Shown piece by piece: positions 36,530 through 51,165 of a stretch of DNA of 60,161 nt. Source of the DNA: Phoronis australis (lineage: Eukaryota; Animalia; Phoronida). The stretch is from assembly GCA_002633005.1 (NCBI GenBank), contig NMRA01000196.1, forward strand, positions 354,955 to 415,115, given 5' to 3'. The notes under the pieces are model-generated. The model saw nothing but the letters and a program-made list of their open reading frames with translations. It was not told where the DNA came from and searched no databases. Position 1 is the first letter of the stretch. Each line of letters opens with the position of its first letter. Both the position numbers and the translations under genes were made by a program.

Positions 36530-37492
36530 TACAACATCCTACTTTTGGTATTACGAATTACGTCTCATCTCAGGGACATAGATATCATATCTACAACGAC
36601 GACTCTAAGTTAGAGTCGTCGTTGTGCATTTCCCTTACCCTAATTAAGTTATGCCAACGAGCTTACCGAAAACTCGTACAGTATCAGCGTTTGCAAAGTC
36701 AAGTGTTCTAGAAATTCGAACTAGCCTCCACGCAATGCTGACTAAGGGCCTGCCTAGTCGCTATTCATAGAACATACACGTGCTCGAAGTAGCGAAAGGC
36801 ACTGTGTTTCACATGAGATTAATGGCTTATTGTTGTGTAGCTGCTGATGGGCAAATGGTCTCTACCGTATTCCTCAACGCCCGGATTCGCAATCACATGG
36901 GGTACAACTCGGGTATCCAAAAGGTGGACGGAGGAGGAGCTGTATGAAAACATTGACATGAACTGAATACACGTAGATTAAGTGGTTTTCTGACTGATTT
37001 TTTGCTTGAAGATGTTTTTAAACATTTTATGCTAATCAATTTATGACTTAAAGTTGACGCTATAGTGGACTTTGAAGAATAAATTTTCCTATCTGAGTTC
37101 CTATCTGGGCACTCGACAAGAGAAGTTGCGACACCCAATAAACGCCCATGGGCGTTAATTCGGCATAATTTTCTGAATAAATGCACATGGATGTTTCATA
37201 GAGAGGGCTTATCTTCGGAAATTCCAGGTACAACATCCTACTTTTGGTATTACGAATTACGTCTCATCTCAGGAACATAGATATTAGAGTCATCGTTGTG
37301 CATTTCCCTTACCCTAATGCCAACGACCTTACTGAAAACTCGTACAGCACGGTATCTGCGTTTGCAAAGTCCAGTATTCTAGAAATTCGAACCAGCCTCA
37401 ACGCAGTGCCTGCGTAGTCGCTATTCACGAGCTTGGCAGAACATACACGTGCTCGAAGTTGCGAAAGGCGTTGTGTTTCACATGAGATTAAT
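36119..37492. repeat. diverged tandem duplication (about 720 and 655 bp units)
   Basis: TAGCTGCTGATGGGCAAATGGTCTCT at 36119 and 36838; both units end in GTGTTTCACATGAGATTAAT; many substitutions and indels. Confidence 0.9.
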
Positions 37493-40384
37493 TGCTTCTT
37501 GTTGTCGTCATACGCATCCCACTGATTCTAATAGTTGCCAGCAAATTTGACGTTTTTTGGGATTTCATCGATTGCTGTGCATGGGACTGCTGTGTACAAC
37601 TGCACGACGCCAACCCGCCGCGACCAAGAACGCGCGATCGAGAACGAAATTTGACTCGAGAAGCGAAGCCAGACAAGATGAGTAAATTTGATAAATTTTC
37701 GTTGTTTTTACTTCCAATGTGAAAAAAGAGACTTGAGTTCAAGGCGTAACACATTGAGGATGGGCAGGTAGAGATTTAAGCCAGTGTCTCTTCCAATTAT
37801 TGGAGAAGAGTTACGTCAACCGAGGCACCGCATGAGCTGAAGGTGGTTTGTATGTCATTTTGGCAAATTGCGGTTATTTTTGGCACTATATCACTAAATT
37901 GAAGATATGAAGAAATGGCGTATGGAAATATAACGCAACGCCTGTATTTCGTAGTTTTGTCAAAACCTCTGAATTTTCGATATTTTTCTGTTGAAAGTAG
38001 CTGTCGAGAACGCAGAGATAAGCGATCGGGAACGCAAATTTGTGGTTTGTTTATGCGATCGGGAATGCATCGTGGTGGGTCGAACGATAATGAACTTTTT
38101 TCATATAAGACATGAAAAGGTTACAAAATAAGTAAGGTGCAATGAATTGATCACATTTTGCGTCATCTTTGTGTTACTTTCGTATCCAAACTAAACAATA
38201 GCATAGCATATTACCATTAAATCGCCATGACCACTACATATACATCAAGCATACTATTACAGATACAGATATTTTCACAAATTAATTTATTTTCATTTCA
38301 GGAAACAAGTTAATTGTTATTATTGTGAGGCGAGCTTCAACGAACATGTTACCCACGACGCGGTGGTACACCCTACCAGGATTTTTTTTGAACTGCAGAC
38401 ATCTAATTTTAGACGAAACCTCTAGGAACAAGGGGTTCTAAACTAAGACTCATCGAGTTGTTAGGGATTATCAAAATGTTGCAGCAGATGAAAGCGAGTG
38501 TCGAATCTTCTTACACAATTGTGACAGCAAAAGGAAAAAAAACAAATAGCCAGTGAAGTCGAAGAATGGCGATGAGCTTCCCCATGGGGAGACAGAAAGA
38601 GGAGTGCGGCAACACCATTCATGAGATGGTTAAAAAATCCAGCTCATGAACTTCTGGAATTTAACAAATTGCCAGAAGTTGTGTGAACTGTTGTGCTGAT
38701 AAAACGGGTGGGCTTTTACTTGATGTTTTACTGATACATAGATGAACACATTGACTTGTGGCACCCGTGTAGTTTGGATGTACGTTTCGTTTTCTTCTGA
38801 CTTTGTCACCATATTCCTCGTAACTACTTTTTGTCTGAGCTTGAACCCGAGTCCGGCGATTCCAATGAAACTGGACTTTCTTGGATTTTACAATCACCGT
38901 ATTGACCGAGGACTGAATGCAAATCAATGACTAGGGTCCATCATGTCATAAATCAATGTCACGGTTCTGTAAACTATACATCATACACTGTACACGAAAG
39001 TTGCGAAGAACACGGAGAAAACAAGGGAGAACACTGACAAATTAGCAGTGACTTAAAACTGCGAACTACGCAAGCCGCGCAACCTGAAACCTTGGAATCG
39101 GTAAACTTCGGTTATTTGATTCCGATAAACATTTAAAAAAAACAATTATAGCGAATCAAAGAATGTAAAATTAACTATACATCTTTCAGTGAACGGAGGA
39201 AAGAGCCCGGATAGACAGGCGTTTCATATTACTCTTTCTAAGACCGCTTCAGTGCGTACACGCAAGAATCCGCTCTCGAAGAAAGCTTGTGTGATAGCGT
39301 GCTTTCCTTTTAACGATATGTCGCGAAGCCTCGACTGATCTCGCCTCTACGAAACGTGCGCCATGCAATGCGAAACGACCTTGAACAAAATGAAGTAACA
39401 TTCGGACATTCACATTCAATTATTCCGAGTAGCTACTAAGTGTTGCTGAGAAATGCATGTCAGCATACTGCTCCATCTATTGAGCAATGCCTTTGTGACT
39501 TGTAGTTGTTACAACTAGCCTATAACAACAGACCAAATGGACTGGATGCATTCCTCGCAAGTTCGTGTTTTTGACACACTCAATATTACAAAGTAAGAAA
39601 CAAATCGTAATGCATATATACAGCTCATTGGTGGAAAATTACGATATTCCATGAGTCCGATGAAAATAGTTCGTTAAAGGAACAATTTGAGAGAAAGCCA
39701 AGTTAAAAGTTATCAAAAGCGGAAATTGCTTTTGATGACCGACGTTATAAGATAAAGACAAATTTTTTCGTCTGAGAATTTTGCAGCACGTTACATGTCC
39801 AGATAATGTGACAAGATCTAAGGAAGATAATGCGCTAGTTTTGGCTTTATTCAGTAAATTTCCTTTCACTACGCCATTTACTGTATAGGTGGCGCTATGA
39901 CAGAAGGTGTCACGTATGGAGTTTTCACTCCACAAACCATAGATGCCTTAAGAGCTGAGGTCACTGCTCGAGTGTCTAATCTCGACGTATTCAGTAAAAG
40001 CACTTGATTATATCCTGTCTCAAGACGCCTCAGTGAAATATGCTTAACTTACAGAAAGCACACTCGATGGCGTTTCTAAAGGATAAAGAGATTTAACAAA
40101 GCCATATATTTTTGCCTTGTTAAGTCCACGGAAAATGATCAAAAGTTGCGATCCATTTAGGCTACCCACTCTCGCATTTCTCTGGATTCCACAGCCGGCG
40201 GTAGTGTTTCTGTTTGGCGCCATGTTCAGTTGAAATATTCACAAAAGATTGCTCTCTACATTTACAATGACTTTTAGATCTAAAAAGTGATCACTGGGTT
40301 GTCTCGATCTTCAGAACATGGGTACTTAAGTGTATGACGGCTGACTCTACGAGGATTGTCTCCGAACAGAAAGGTCCAAACGTC

Positions 40385-40564
40385 NNNNNNNNNNNNNNNN
40401 NNNNNNNNNNNNNNNNNNNNNNNNNNNNNNNNNNNNNNNNNNNNNNNNNNNNNNNNNNNNNNNNNNNNNNNNNNNNNNNNNNNNNNNNNNNNNNNNNNNN
40501 NNNNNNNNNNNNNNNNNNNNNNNNNNNNNNNNNNNNNNNNNNNNNNNNNNNNNNNNNNNNNNNN
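40385..40564. other. assembly gap (180 N)
   Basis: Run of N. Confidence 1.
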
Positions 40565-40923
40565 CGGAAAATTTGAGAAGGAGCAACTTGGTCGTGGGGG
40601 TGCAACTTTTTGAGGATACCAAAGGTCGGAAAAGCTAAGAAACTTCACATAAATTACACGTATTAAGGGTGCATTTCGCTCTTGTATAGTTGTCAACTAG
40701 ATGAATTATTAACCGAAGCACTTGTTGGTTTAAAAATATTACCACGCTCATCTGATCTTGAATTATTGTCTAATGAGCCAGCGTTAATGCGTACCTGCAC
40801 CATTTTCGAATCCGATTTTAATTTCAGTGTAGACACACCCCAATGAACTTTGTAACGTTTTCTCGAGTCGCTGTTGATTTCCATGTTCTTGTTGGTAACA
40901 GATATGGTTAGGAATCAAGGTTT

Positions 40924-43303
40924 TGAGGCCGACTTTTTGAAAAGGAAGTGCCCAATTTCATTTTCGATTTCTTAGCCAGCTAAACAGGGCGAAATGCAGC
41001 TTGAACTACAGTAACTACACCTTTTGGTCAACTGGGTGAAGTCTCTAATAAACGAAAATATACGCCAGTGTATGCCCTGTCTCTTTGCTCTGTAATTCCT
41101 TCGGAAAGAATTTCGTGAGGACGTTTCCTGAATTGCTCGGCGCATCAACCGTGTCCCAACGACTTGGGGAATTTTTAGTTAAGTAGTCAACATATTCCAC
41201 TCAAAATGGTTAGCTAATCAGTGGGATGTAAAACTATATTGGGTTTGTTAATTAATGCGAAACAACGTCGGAATTCAACGGAGTTTCGACGCACAAAATC
41301 GCGACTAAATGTCCATTTATTTACGACTAGAATCCGTTTTACCGTACTCGCTAAATGTCGACAAAATTTCGACAGGTGTTGCTCCATTCCCGTTGTCGAA
41401 ATCACGACAACTCACTGCGCAAGTCCATTACATAAATAAACAATCAACGTCTAACCGCAATAACGTCACATTAAACTCTGACGAACTTCGACAAAATCGC
41501 TATTTCACTGCAACAAGAACCGACTCAAGTTGGGCAGAATCTGCCAGAGTTTTGCCAAAGCGTGTCAAGTTCATTTTGAAAACTTACGTACTTTGTGTGT
41601 ATGTACAAGTTCTATGTGATTGTAGACGATGTCGCGCCCGCGACAGTTGCAACATCACCTAACCAAAGTAATTTGGGGTATGGTGTATAACGCTCCGTCC
41701 TCGACTCCTTATTGAAATTTTATGTATTGAAATTTTATGTATTGAAATTTTATGTGATCTAAAACACAAACTGGTAATTACATCATCATCGGTTCTACCT
41801 TCCATGTAAACTAACCAAATGTGTTTTCTGTTGTCCACGAAACGGGGTGTCAGAAGGTGTTTTTCTTAAAGAAAGATGTTTTATCGTGGATTTCTGTAAA
41901 GAATACAAGTCCATAGTTATATCAATCCTCGAAACATCAAATATAACTGCTAACCAATCACAAACCTTTGTCAGGTGTCTTCCCTCTCATTGGTCAAAAG
42001 GCTATTAGTCGTAATTGGTTATTTCTTAACCAAACAATTAGCACCAATGCGGTTAGAACAGCACCCTCCTCTGATATTACTACCTTTGTTTATTAGGTTT
42101 ATAACTCGTAAAGATTTAACATTTTACTTTTGTTATCATCCCCTAAATTGAAAATACTCCTGTTTGTGTACATTTTCAATATATTGAGTCTTTTTGTAAG
42201 CTGTGAGAAAACAAGTCTCTGCATTTAGTAAACATCCTGTCAGCGGGAGGAGATTTCAACAGCATATTGTTCAGCCTGCCGATTGATCTGAAAAGTTGTT
42301 AAGCACAGGACGGATAAACTCTTCAACATTTGACAATGATGATTCGATGTGCTGTGTGTCTTTTGCCAACACCATGACCATTTTGCTTTGGAGTATCGCT
42401 TTTCTGCAATTTGTGTACTCTGTCCGGGCGCAAGGTAATATGCCGTTAACTTTCAGTTGTCATTTACCAGTAGAGTTGCGCTGAATAACATGTGTCGTGT
42501 CAATGGCGGTTTGTTTATATTGGGTACCGTTAGACCGGCTCGGTTTCCCCTGTCGAGTTACTCACGGTGAATATCACACACGGTTGAGCACTGGTGCCAT
42601 TCGAGGACGTTTTATTACATTTTGCCGGTTAATTGTCTTACGAGATATATGCCTGTTAGATATCATTACCAATAAATCAAGCAGTGTCAATTTCATCAGT
42701 AGGCCAAGTTGCTTCTCAAATGAAAGTATTCTGTTACAGTGTAGCATAGTGACAACCGCTAAGTTAACCGCAGTAAAATGTCTCGATAGAATAATCTGTC
42801 CCTCATATGATCAAACCATTCAACTGTGAAAAGTTAATTGTCCAATAACCACTGACTGACATGTAGGCGATCCAAATTATCTGTTCATTGAGATAATTGA
42901 ACAGTTGCAGCAGTAGGCCTGCTGGCCAAGCCAAATTAATTGGTTGTTCAGTTGTATAATAACTTAATTTTAAATAAGGCTGTTAATAATTTATTAAGAA
43001 ATCGATAAGCAGACAAGCAACACTCACCAGAGCAAGATAATTTACTAAATTTAAAGTTGAGATGAAATTCTTTCTGGAGCCAGAAATGCACGATAATTGG
43101 CAGTGTTCAAATCTGCATGTGGTTTTGTGACAATGGTGTTAATCTTTTGTGAAGGGTGGGAATTTCATGTTACATCTCTTGTGGCGTGAAATTTGTGTTG
43201 AAACTCTTTATAATGTCCACCAGTTTAAGCTGCATTTCGCTCTGTTTAGCTGGCTAAATAAATAAAATTGAATAGGCCATTATCTCCCATAAAATCAGCC
43301 TCA
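40924..43303. repeat. pair of about 85-bp inverted repeats 2.2 kb apart
   Basis: TTAGCCAGCTAAACAGGGCGAAATGCAGCTTGAACT (about 40972-41007) vs AGTTTAAGCTGCATTTCGCTCTGTTTAGCTGGCTAA (about 43222-43257), extending weakly outward. Confidence 0.65.
41711..41755. repeat. 15-bp tandem repeat, 3 copies
   Basis: (ATTGAAATTTTATGT)x3. Confidence 0.95.
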
Positions 43304-45966
43304 CACTATTTCCTGCTATGACAAGGCTCTCGATCCCTTGATACCGGGGCCGAAGATCGACACTCTTCCCTTCTCAAAAATATTTAAAAGTCAAGCGAAA
43401 TTACCCTTATGAAGTAAAAAATTTCCCCTTGAAACAATCAAAAATTCCCCTCATGATATACATACCATTGTCACATTGTTACAAAAATTCTCCTTTAAAA
43501 AGGTACAAGCACCTGTCCTCTTTGGTGAGTGAAACCTTGTATGATGGGGTTCTAAATGTGTTTCCAAAACTAGTCCCGAAATCATCAAAGACTCGGAAAA
43601 CAGTTCAAAGTTAACTGGGCTTGGACAATACTAAATTTGAAAATGGTGCATGTATACAATAAGGGGCATTGATGCCTCAATTTTTGGGCTCAATGTCTGC
43701 CTCATTCCCCTATAAACATACTTAGTAATCATGCAAAATTCCCTTCACCAGGCCCCAAAATTCCGTTCCAGTGATAAAAATATCTCAACAACAATTTCTG
43801 CATAATGCTAGTTTTGGCGAGGAGGTGGGGGGGGGGGGTTGAAAAGCATTTCTTAGTTTTCTGACAATGTTAGTCTCCACATTTTACTGGAAGCTTGCAC
43901 ATTTTCCAGTCCTGTGGGTGTCGTGTGCACGTGTTTTTGTTGATCAATTTTGTATCAGGTCTATCTTAATGTTAAGTAGGACCATAGGTCAAAATTTGGC
44001 TAAATTCAGAATGTCATATCTTACAAATGGATGATCATATCCATACGGAACTTTCATGTGCTATTAGCTTTATGCATTGTATCCTGCTAGGAATTGTTTT
44101 ATAAATTATATTTCCACTTTTGCATGAAGTTATCAAAATTAAAACTTGCGATTTTCGTGAAAAAATCAATGAAGCTGCATAATACAAGAAATTGAAATAT
44201 TTTAGAAATTGCATCTGCTTTTGAGATTTCATCTTGAACATTTGTGTGAAATGAAATTTAGTGTTATTGAAACCGTTGTTTTGTTGTGAATGTATGGCTA
44301 TTAAATTTTACCAAAAGACGACAACTAATCATGAAACCCAACTAATGACAAATTGTTCAAAGTTAGAAATCCATGTCTACAGGCTTTGTACTTTCAGAAA
44401 ATATTTTTACAGACCAATTGATCTTTATAGTATTCTAGATATTTAGCTTACTGCATGGACTTGTTGACAAGGTAATACACCATGGTAATCTTAATTCTCT
44501 ATGAAACAACAAAGTGCCTATCCCACATTGAGAAGTGGGGAGGAATGCACCTTGGGTGATTAGATATATTTGTCATCATGGGTTCATTGCTGTGGCTGAA
44601 ACAGTTTTGTCTTCAACTCTGAGCGACTCTTTCTTTGAATGCTGTTTAATTAGTGTTTTCTAGATGCTGGCAATTTTCTCGAACAGCCACCCCCCCCTCC
44701 AGGTGTATGCCGGAGGACCTACATTTGGAAAATTTTCTAGAACGGTGAGAAATGTGCTGCTTCCAAATGTCTGCACCCTGTAGGTGTGAGGTTCACTATT
44801 AGAAATTCCTGATTACCCTTCAATGTTACTAATTTTTACAAACTATTTTCTCATTCCAGGTTGTTGCTCTTATGTTCAAAGAAGTCAGCCAATTTGCAAG
44901 ATAAACTGTGATTCTGTAAGTTTTTTTTGTTGAGCTTCATTATTTATTCATGGGATGATCCTATGACAATCAAAACTGGAAATTGTTGTTAAATCCGAAA
45001 CAAGAAAGTCTGTGATCTGTTAAATTTGTTAAAACTTTCATCCTGTGTCCAAAGTTAAGTGAAAAATACTTGTTTTAAAAATTTACTAAATCCACTTTTG
45101 GATGAGTCAGTTGCAAATAAAATGTGATTGAAAATAATTTACAGGAGTAAAGACTGCAATCCGACAATCACACTCAAATATTCAGTCTTCAACATATCAA
45201 CTTACTCACTTCACTTTTTTAAATACCAATAAAAATTAGTATCGGGTGATTTGAAGTCAGTTTCTGAAATGTTCCTGACTAGTTTACACAAGTTCACCAG
45301 AAGAGCTTTCCTCAAGTGGCCAAGTACTTCAAAGTGCCTCTTGACAGCACTTAGCATGAGGAGGCTCACTTCAGACAAACCTCGAGGGCCTCTATGGGGT
45401 CTTTGTCTAATTTTGCTGATGGGTATCTGAAGAAAATCTCCTTGTTCAACTGTAAGATGTCCTGGGTCTGGATTTTTCTTTCAATTCAACATAAGGACTG
45501 TGTATAGGTTCTTTGAGGTGCTATAATAAGATAGACAAATGGTTCTTATCTTTCAAATCTTTGAAATCCTTCTTAGGCCTCAAGAATGTCTTAATGTAAA
45601 CAGGTGGTGGATTAGACATTTTCGCCATAGAGTGCTTTCACATTTTGAAAATTGCTAAGTTCTAAAACTCTTTTATTTAAATTTTTTGAAATAAATGCTC
45701 ATTTTTATCAACTTCATTGAACCTTGTTTTCCACTTTTGGAGTCTCAAGGTGAAATGTTTTATTGAATATAAATTGATGTGCATAATCACCTTTCAGTAG
45801 TTTGACTTTATTTTTGATGTGTCTTACAAGATGTGGGTTGGGAATAGTCAAATATAGTTTCCCTAGACTGGTTGTATTTAGTCAAAAGTTTTCCCTAATA
45901 TTCTAATGTCTCACAAGGATTTCGAATAGTTAGCTGCAGTTTCCTTAATATTTTTGTTATACGTAC

Positions 45967-46218
45967 AGTGGTGGATCTAGGATATCCTAAGGGGGCCCAA
46001 CATTTTGTCTCCCGCCCAGGAGAAAATCGGACCTGAGCTCCCCCTCACACATACACGCACACACAAAATATAACTGCACACATTGTTATATCTTGTTTCA
46101 GCCGTAAAGTGTTAATTAGCGGGGTTAATTAATAAACGCAATATTTCCTCACGCTCTTGCTGCTCTATTTTTTGCGACAACCAAGGGGGGAAGGGGCGCC
46201 CCCCAAAATCTGCCTATG
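45967..46218. mobile_element. old MITE of the CAGTGG.GGATC type
   Basis: CAGTGGTGGATCTAGG ... AAAATCTGCCTATG with G/C runs; TSD not clear. Confidence 0.5.
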
Positions 46219-49200
46219 ACAGATGTGATAAGGTCGGTTGTGAATACCGTCAAATGTAGTTTTCCCCAACATTTTAATGGTACAGAGCTGTTATGAGGTG
46301 GATTGGGAATGGATAGTCAAGTTTAGTTTTACCTGATATCACTACTCGGGGCATCACTGACTTGCAACACACATGTGCTCCCCTCAATGGAAGATCAGAA
46401 TACAATATTTGGGTCTGGCAGATGTCACATACAAAGTTTGTGACTGTACTCTCTGTATTTGAATCAGGATAGCTACCATTTACACCTGAAGGTTATTTGG
46501 TGGTTCCAGTCCGGTTTCTGACTATGGATGTGATTAGTGAACTTGGGTATTGGTTAGGACTTAGGGTAGGGCTTGGCTGTTGATAGCTTAGAATGGTAGT
46601 GGAGCTTTTGATAGGCTAACATGACAATCGCTAATTTGGCAATGGAATGAGTTCCAATTTGTTGATGTCAGTAGTGCATGTATTTTGGATAAAACATGGT
46701 TCATCTCACTCCCTGTGTATTTAAAATCTTAAAATATGGCCTGCTTGCACTTGCATGAGGACAATAACTAAAAAGATGCAGTACTAACCCTGTACCATGC
46801 TGAGATAGCCAAAGGAAAACAAAGTACAATCCCCTACATCCTGACTACCAGCACTGTATAAACAAGCTCTTTGTTTATCTTACTAGTCCATGCTTCAATC
46901 AAAATCAAAATGTAACTGGCTGTAAACAACCATAAACAAAGGGACTGCATTGTCTACTGATAGTATCCTAAACATTTGGGTTAACATCCATGTTTGCATA
47001 TGCACTTGATCCCAACTTTTTGAAATTTTTCAGATTAAGCCCCTGCGGCTTTGCTAAGTGCCCACCATCTACTTTTTGAGAATTTTCAATTCAGCGTTAG
47101 CGCCTACTGCTCCGAGTACGTAGTCTCCAACCCGTAATTTGCATCACAAAATTGAATTTCGAAATAGTGAGGCACACTTTCAAATGCTGGATCCAAATCA
47201 ATTTTGAGTCCCAGTGTAGTTAAGGATGCGAGTTACGGCCATCACCGGGGAGACCGTGTTCTTTTAGCATTTTCTTAGTGCAGTGCATTAAAAACGGCTG
47301 TGTTGTTGAAATTGAGGCTTGAACTGTAGTCAGTCACAGTCTCTCGTGCTAGGCTATAACGGATTTGTTTTTCAAAAGAACCAATCTTTTCTAGAAGTTT
47401 TGGGTGAAATCCCGGCAACGATGCCGTATGTAGTTAGGGAGCCAAGTCAAATCAGATAATGGAAACCCACACAGAGTCTTAGCGTTTGAGGCTTTTATGT
47501 CACATGCAAATCTCATGATTGAATACATCATTCGAAGGCAGCATTAACAATACTTCGCAGGAAGTTTTTAAATTGTTCAAGCTGCCACAGTTGAGATGCA
47601 AGCCAAATGGAGAGAGTTTGCGCATTTATCCAACATTGCGTCTCAGGGCTCAATTTTGGTGGCCTGCAGATCGTCAGTGCAACCTCAGATTTCATTTGGC
47701 TACCTTGTAAAAATCACAGGTCACCACGAAGTCGCTACACGGCATTCAATTTACGCATGCAAATATTTACAATTGGGAATTGGTCGTCACTGAGCATGTA
47801 ACACCTAATTTTCAGTCCAGGCAAAAAATTTTACGACAAACTCAGGTGCCTAGGCAGACATTTGTCGAGTTCGCCAGCTTTTCACTTCAGTTATCTCAAT
47901 AATTTCATTTTTTTCCAACGAGATTTGGCATCTTCCTTCTTTTTTGCCAGGCATTTGGTTAGGTTGACGTTATTCTAAGCGTCATGTTCTGCTGTCCTGG
48001 GTGTTCAATGAATTTCAGGACCTGTCGGTCCTAGAATTTTAGCAGTTATTACTTCAACATGCATTTTGTCAGGACTGTTTCTTAGTTCCATACTTAGTTA
48101 GTAGACAATTGTTAGAGTGTTGGCTCAACTGTCATTTTGGCGAGTAGCCTTTTGGCAAATTCTTTGAACTTCAGGTCTGTGGATTTCAATTTTGAAAGTC
48201 ATTGCTGATTAAGGGAACTGTCTGGCTCGGATTAGGCACCCATATAAGGGTAAGCACCCCCTCCAATTCTTGAAGTTTACGATGTATATCACCAACCAAT
48301 TTCCAGTCTGGGGCGTTAGCGCAAATATTCCGGATGGTAGGCTCACGTGAGTTGTGAAAACACTAGTTAGCAATTTTTTAGTTGTGAAACAGTGCCAGTT
48401 TTCAGTTGGAAAGCGCAATCATTTTTGCAAAATATATTTGCTGTCCACTAAGGGGGTCATTTTTACCTGCACTTGGTTTGTTTCCTTGCTGGATTGGAAT
48501 CACTTTTAAGTGAAAATCGACAAACAAAGACCTTTTTCTATGGGGATGTGTCGCTTTAAAGTAAGTGGTCTGGTTACAGAAGTGTTGTAAGGGGTTTTGG
48601 CATAACTCAAGTGCCAGCAAAGGTGATACTTGTACCCTCAGTGGTATTTTCGCTAGTGGCGAAAATGCAAGTGAAAATGCCAACAGTTTGAAATGGGTAT
48701 GAGAGATAATAATGTGAGAGCTTTAATATTTTCTCACCATTGTGGCTTTTAAGAAACTTGTATTTTAGTCTTAAATGATTGTTTTAGTCCTGTGTGAATT
48801 GGGTTTATTGTTTCAGGTGTTATCAGGGATGTATTTCAACTTTACTTTTTTCCATTCGCATCATTTAATTCAATTTTTGCTGTGTGCAAAAATTGCAGTA
48901 ATGTACCCTCTTGAAGTTTGTTTCTTTGACTTCAATCTCTAAGTTATAGTTATCAATATAAGGTGTTAATTCTCACAGTCCACCTGCCATAATCTCATGC
49001 ACTCATTATGTAACAGGTGCAAAAGGTAAACACAAGCAGATACTGGTCATAGTTTTCTTGTTTGCCTCTTGCTCAGACCACCTTGACTTCCCTGGCAGAT
49101 TTGTCCTGCTTGTGCAGAAATGTCTTCTCTCAAGCTTGCTATTACACTTATGGATGCACATTCGCCTTCCCACACCATTTTGCACATCTCACAGAGATAC

Positions 49201-51165
49201 TTCTTTCCTTGCACACAAAGTAGTACATTTCTTACCTATTCCTGCCCACATTCCTAACGCAACCCGCTCATGGACAAACTAAGCTGCTGGTCCATTTTCG
49301 TGTGTGGTAAACTGTCACGGTTGCTTGTTTTTTAAATAAATTGTTCGAATATCATAACATCAAATAGAAGTTGTCTTTTTTCACTACCCACTATGAACAT
49401 TTATCAGTTAATGAAAGTGCTGAAAACTTATGGATCTTTTTTCTGTACTCGTGTTCACTGGATCACGGTATTTGAGGGATAATCACTGTCAGGTAAAAAT
49501 TCTTCAGTTTAGGACAGAATATGGCAGACAGGTGAAATTTTGTTTTGTTTTTAACAAAAATAACATATTTTCGTAAAATTTAACTTTGCTTTTAGCATCG
49601 TTTGTATGGCCTACCTTTTACCAATCAACATTTTTATCCCAAACTGAAGTGTTTGTCCTTAACAGACATTGTCAAAACCTGAATATCTGATTTGTTTCTT
49701 TTCCATTTTTATGCAGTAAAGACTGTAATTGTGACTTGATTCTGTTTAAAAAGAATTATCAAAAACATTGGGAATATGTTTACAAGTATAAACCACTCAG
49801 TTAATTTTTGTGCTCAGATTTTACTTAAGATTATTTGAAGTGGTCCAAGAGAAGAGAACGTGTGCTTGGGTATTGCCGGTATAGATTAGCTTTTACTGGC
49901 ATGGAATAATGTGTTGGAACAGGGTAGGTCTGTTCGCGAGCAATGAAATATGTCCGTAAGATGCAAAAATGTGATAGTATGTATATGCCTCTTTGAGAGG
50001 GTAGTAACGTGAGTGAGAGAAAAAGAAAAAGGTTTGTTTACGGGCAGACCCGAGCTGCAACATGTGTATGCATTGGCCTCGTATGCAGAGAAGTCCAGGT
50101 GCCCTGCTGGTGTTTTTTGTGTGTTTCTCACTCTGCATGTTCACTAGTTTCCCATATCTGTTGAATAGAACTTAAGTCAAGGGCCACTTGAAACTTGTAT
50201 TGCACTTCTATATTGTGGCCTTTAGAAATACAAAATCTTTGATAATAAATCCAATTGGCAGTGTAGTATCCCGTTACGTTTAAACATGTCAGCTTCTGAT
50301 CAGTTTACTTGCTTCAACAACGAAGTAGGCTGTTTTACATTTTGCTACCACATAAAGTCACTTTGAAATAAAATTTTGAACTTTACCAAGTATGGGTGAT
50401 AAAATTAAAGAGATCTTCACATGTAGCCCTATTATCATGCAATCTTGTACTGCATTCTGATTAAATGGCTATGTGAGTGTTTTACTAGATGATACTTGGA
50501 AATTAAAGGGGAATTGTGCATGTACTTGGAGACTCAAAAGTCAGCAAGTATAATCTTCCAACTTGGATGAAACAAGTTTTAAGTTTTAACATGGCAACAA
50601 CAATATCTATGAGCTCCACAGGAGATATAGTTTAACTGTGTTAATTCACCTTACTTCATTAATTGTTATTTCAGTCTTAGAGCCAAAAGAAATATTGACG
50701 TTGTACTGAAGCACTCATAAACATGTGCCTCAACATACCGGTAATAGTCACTGTAGTTGTGTCCCCTTAAAGTGGAACTTGCATGCTAATTTCTTATCTC
50801 TGATTGTTCGGCCAAATTTGTTAGAAACAGAACATATAGCGATGATGTGAAGATGAAGTGGGTTGGAAATTGCCAAATGTTTTTAAGAAGTTTTGTGACG
50901 AAAATGGTCCACTGCAAATCTCTGAACTGTGTCCAGTAACTATGGTGACATAGTGCTGGGGAGCAACACTACATGATGCGGCTATATGTGAGCCTGTGAG
51001 ATATGTCATTAGTGCAAAGGCCACCTATCTGCTGTTTTTTTGTTTTCATGTTTATAAGTTGTCAATGAATACAGCTGCACTAAGTTTAGCATAGATTTTG
51101 TTAAAATAGTATAGTTGGTTAGTTCCTGCTATACATAACACAGGAGCATGTAAATACATCTTTAA

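Noticed and set aside
40280-40696. ORFs spanning the N gap
   Set aside because: Artefacts of translating through unknown bases.
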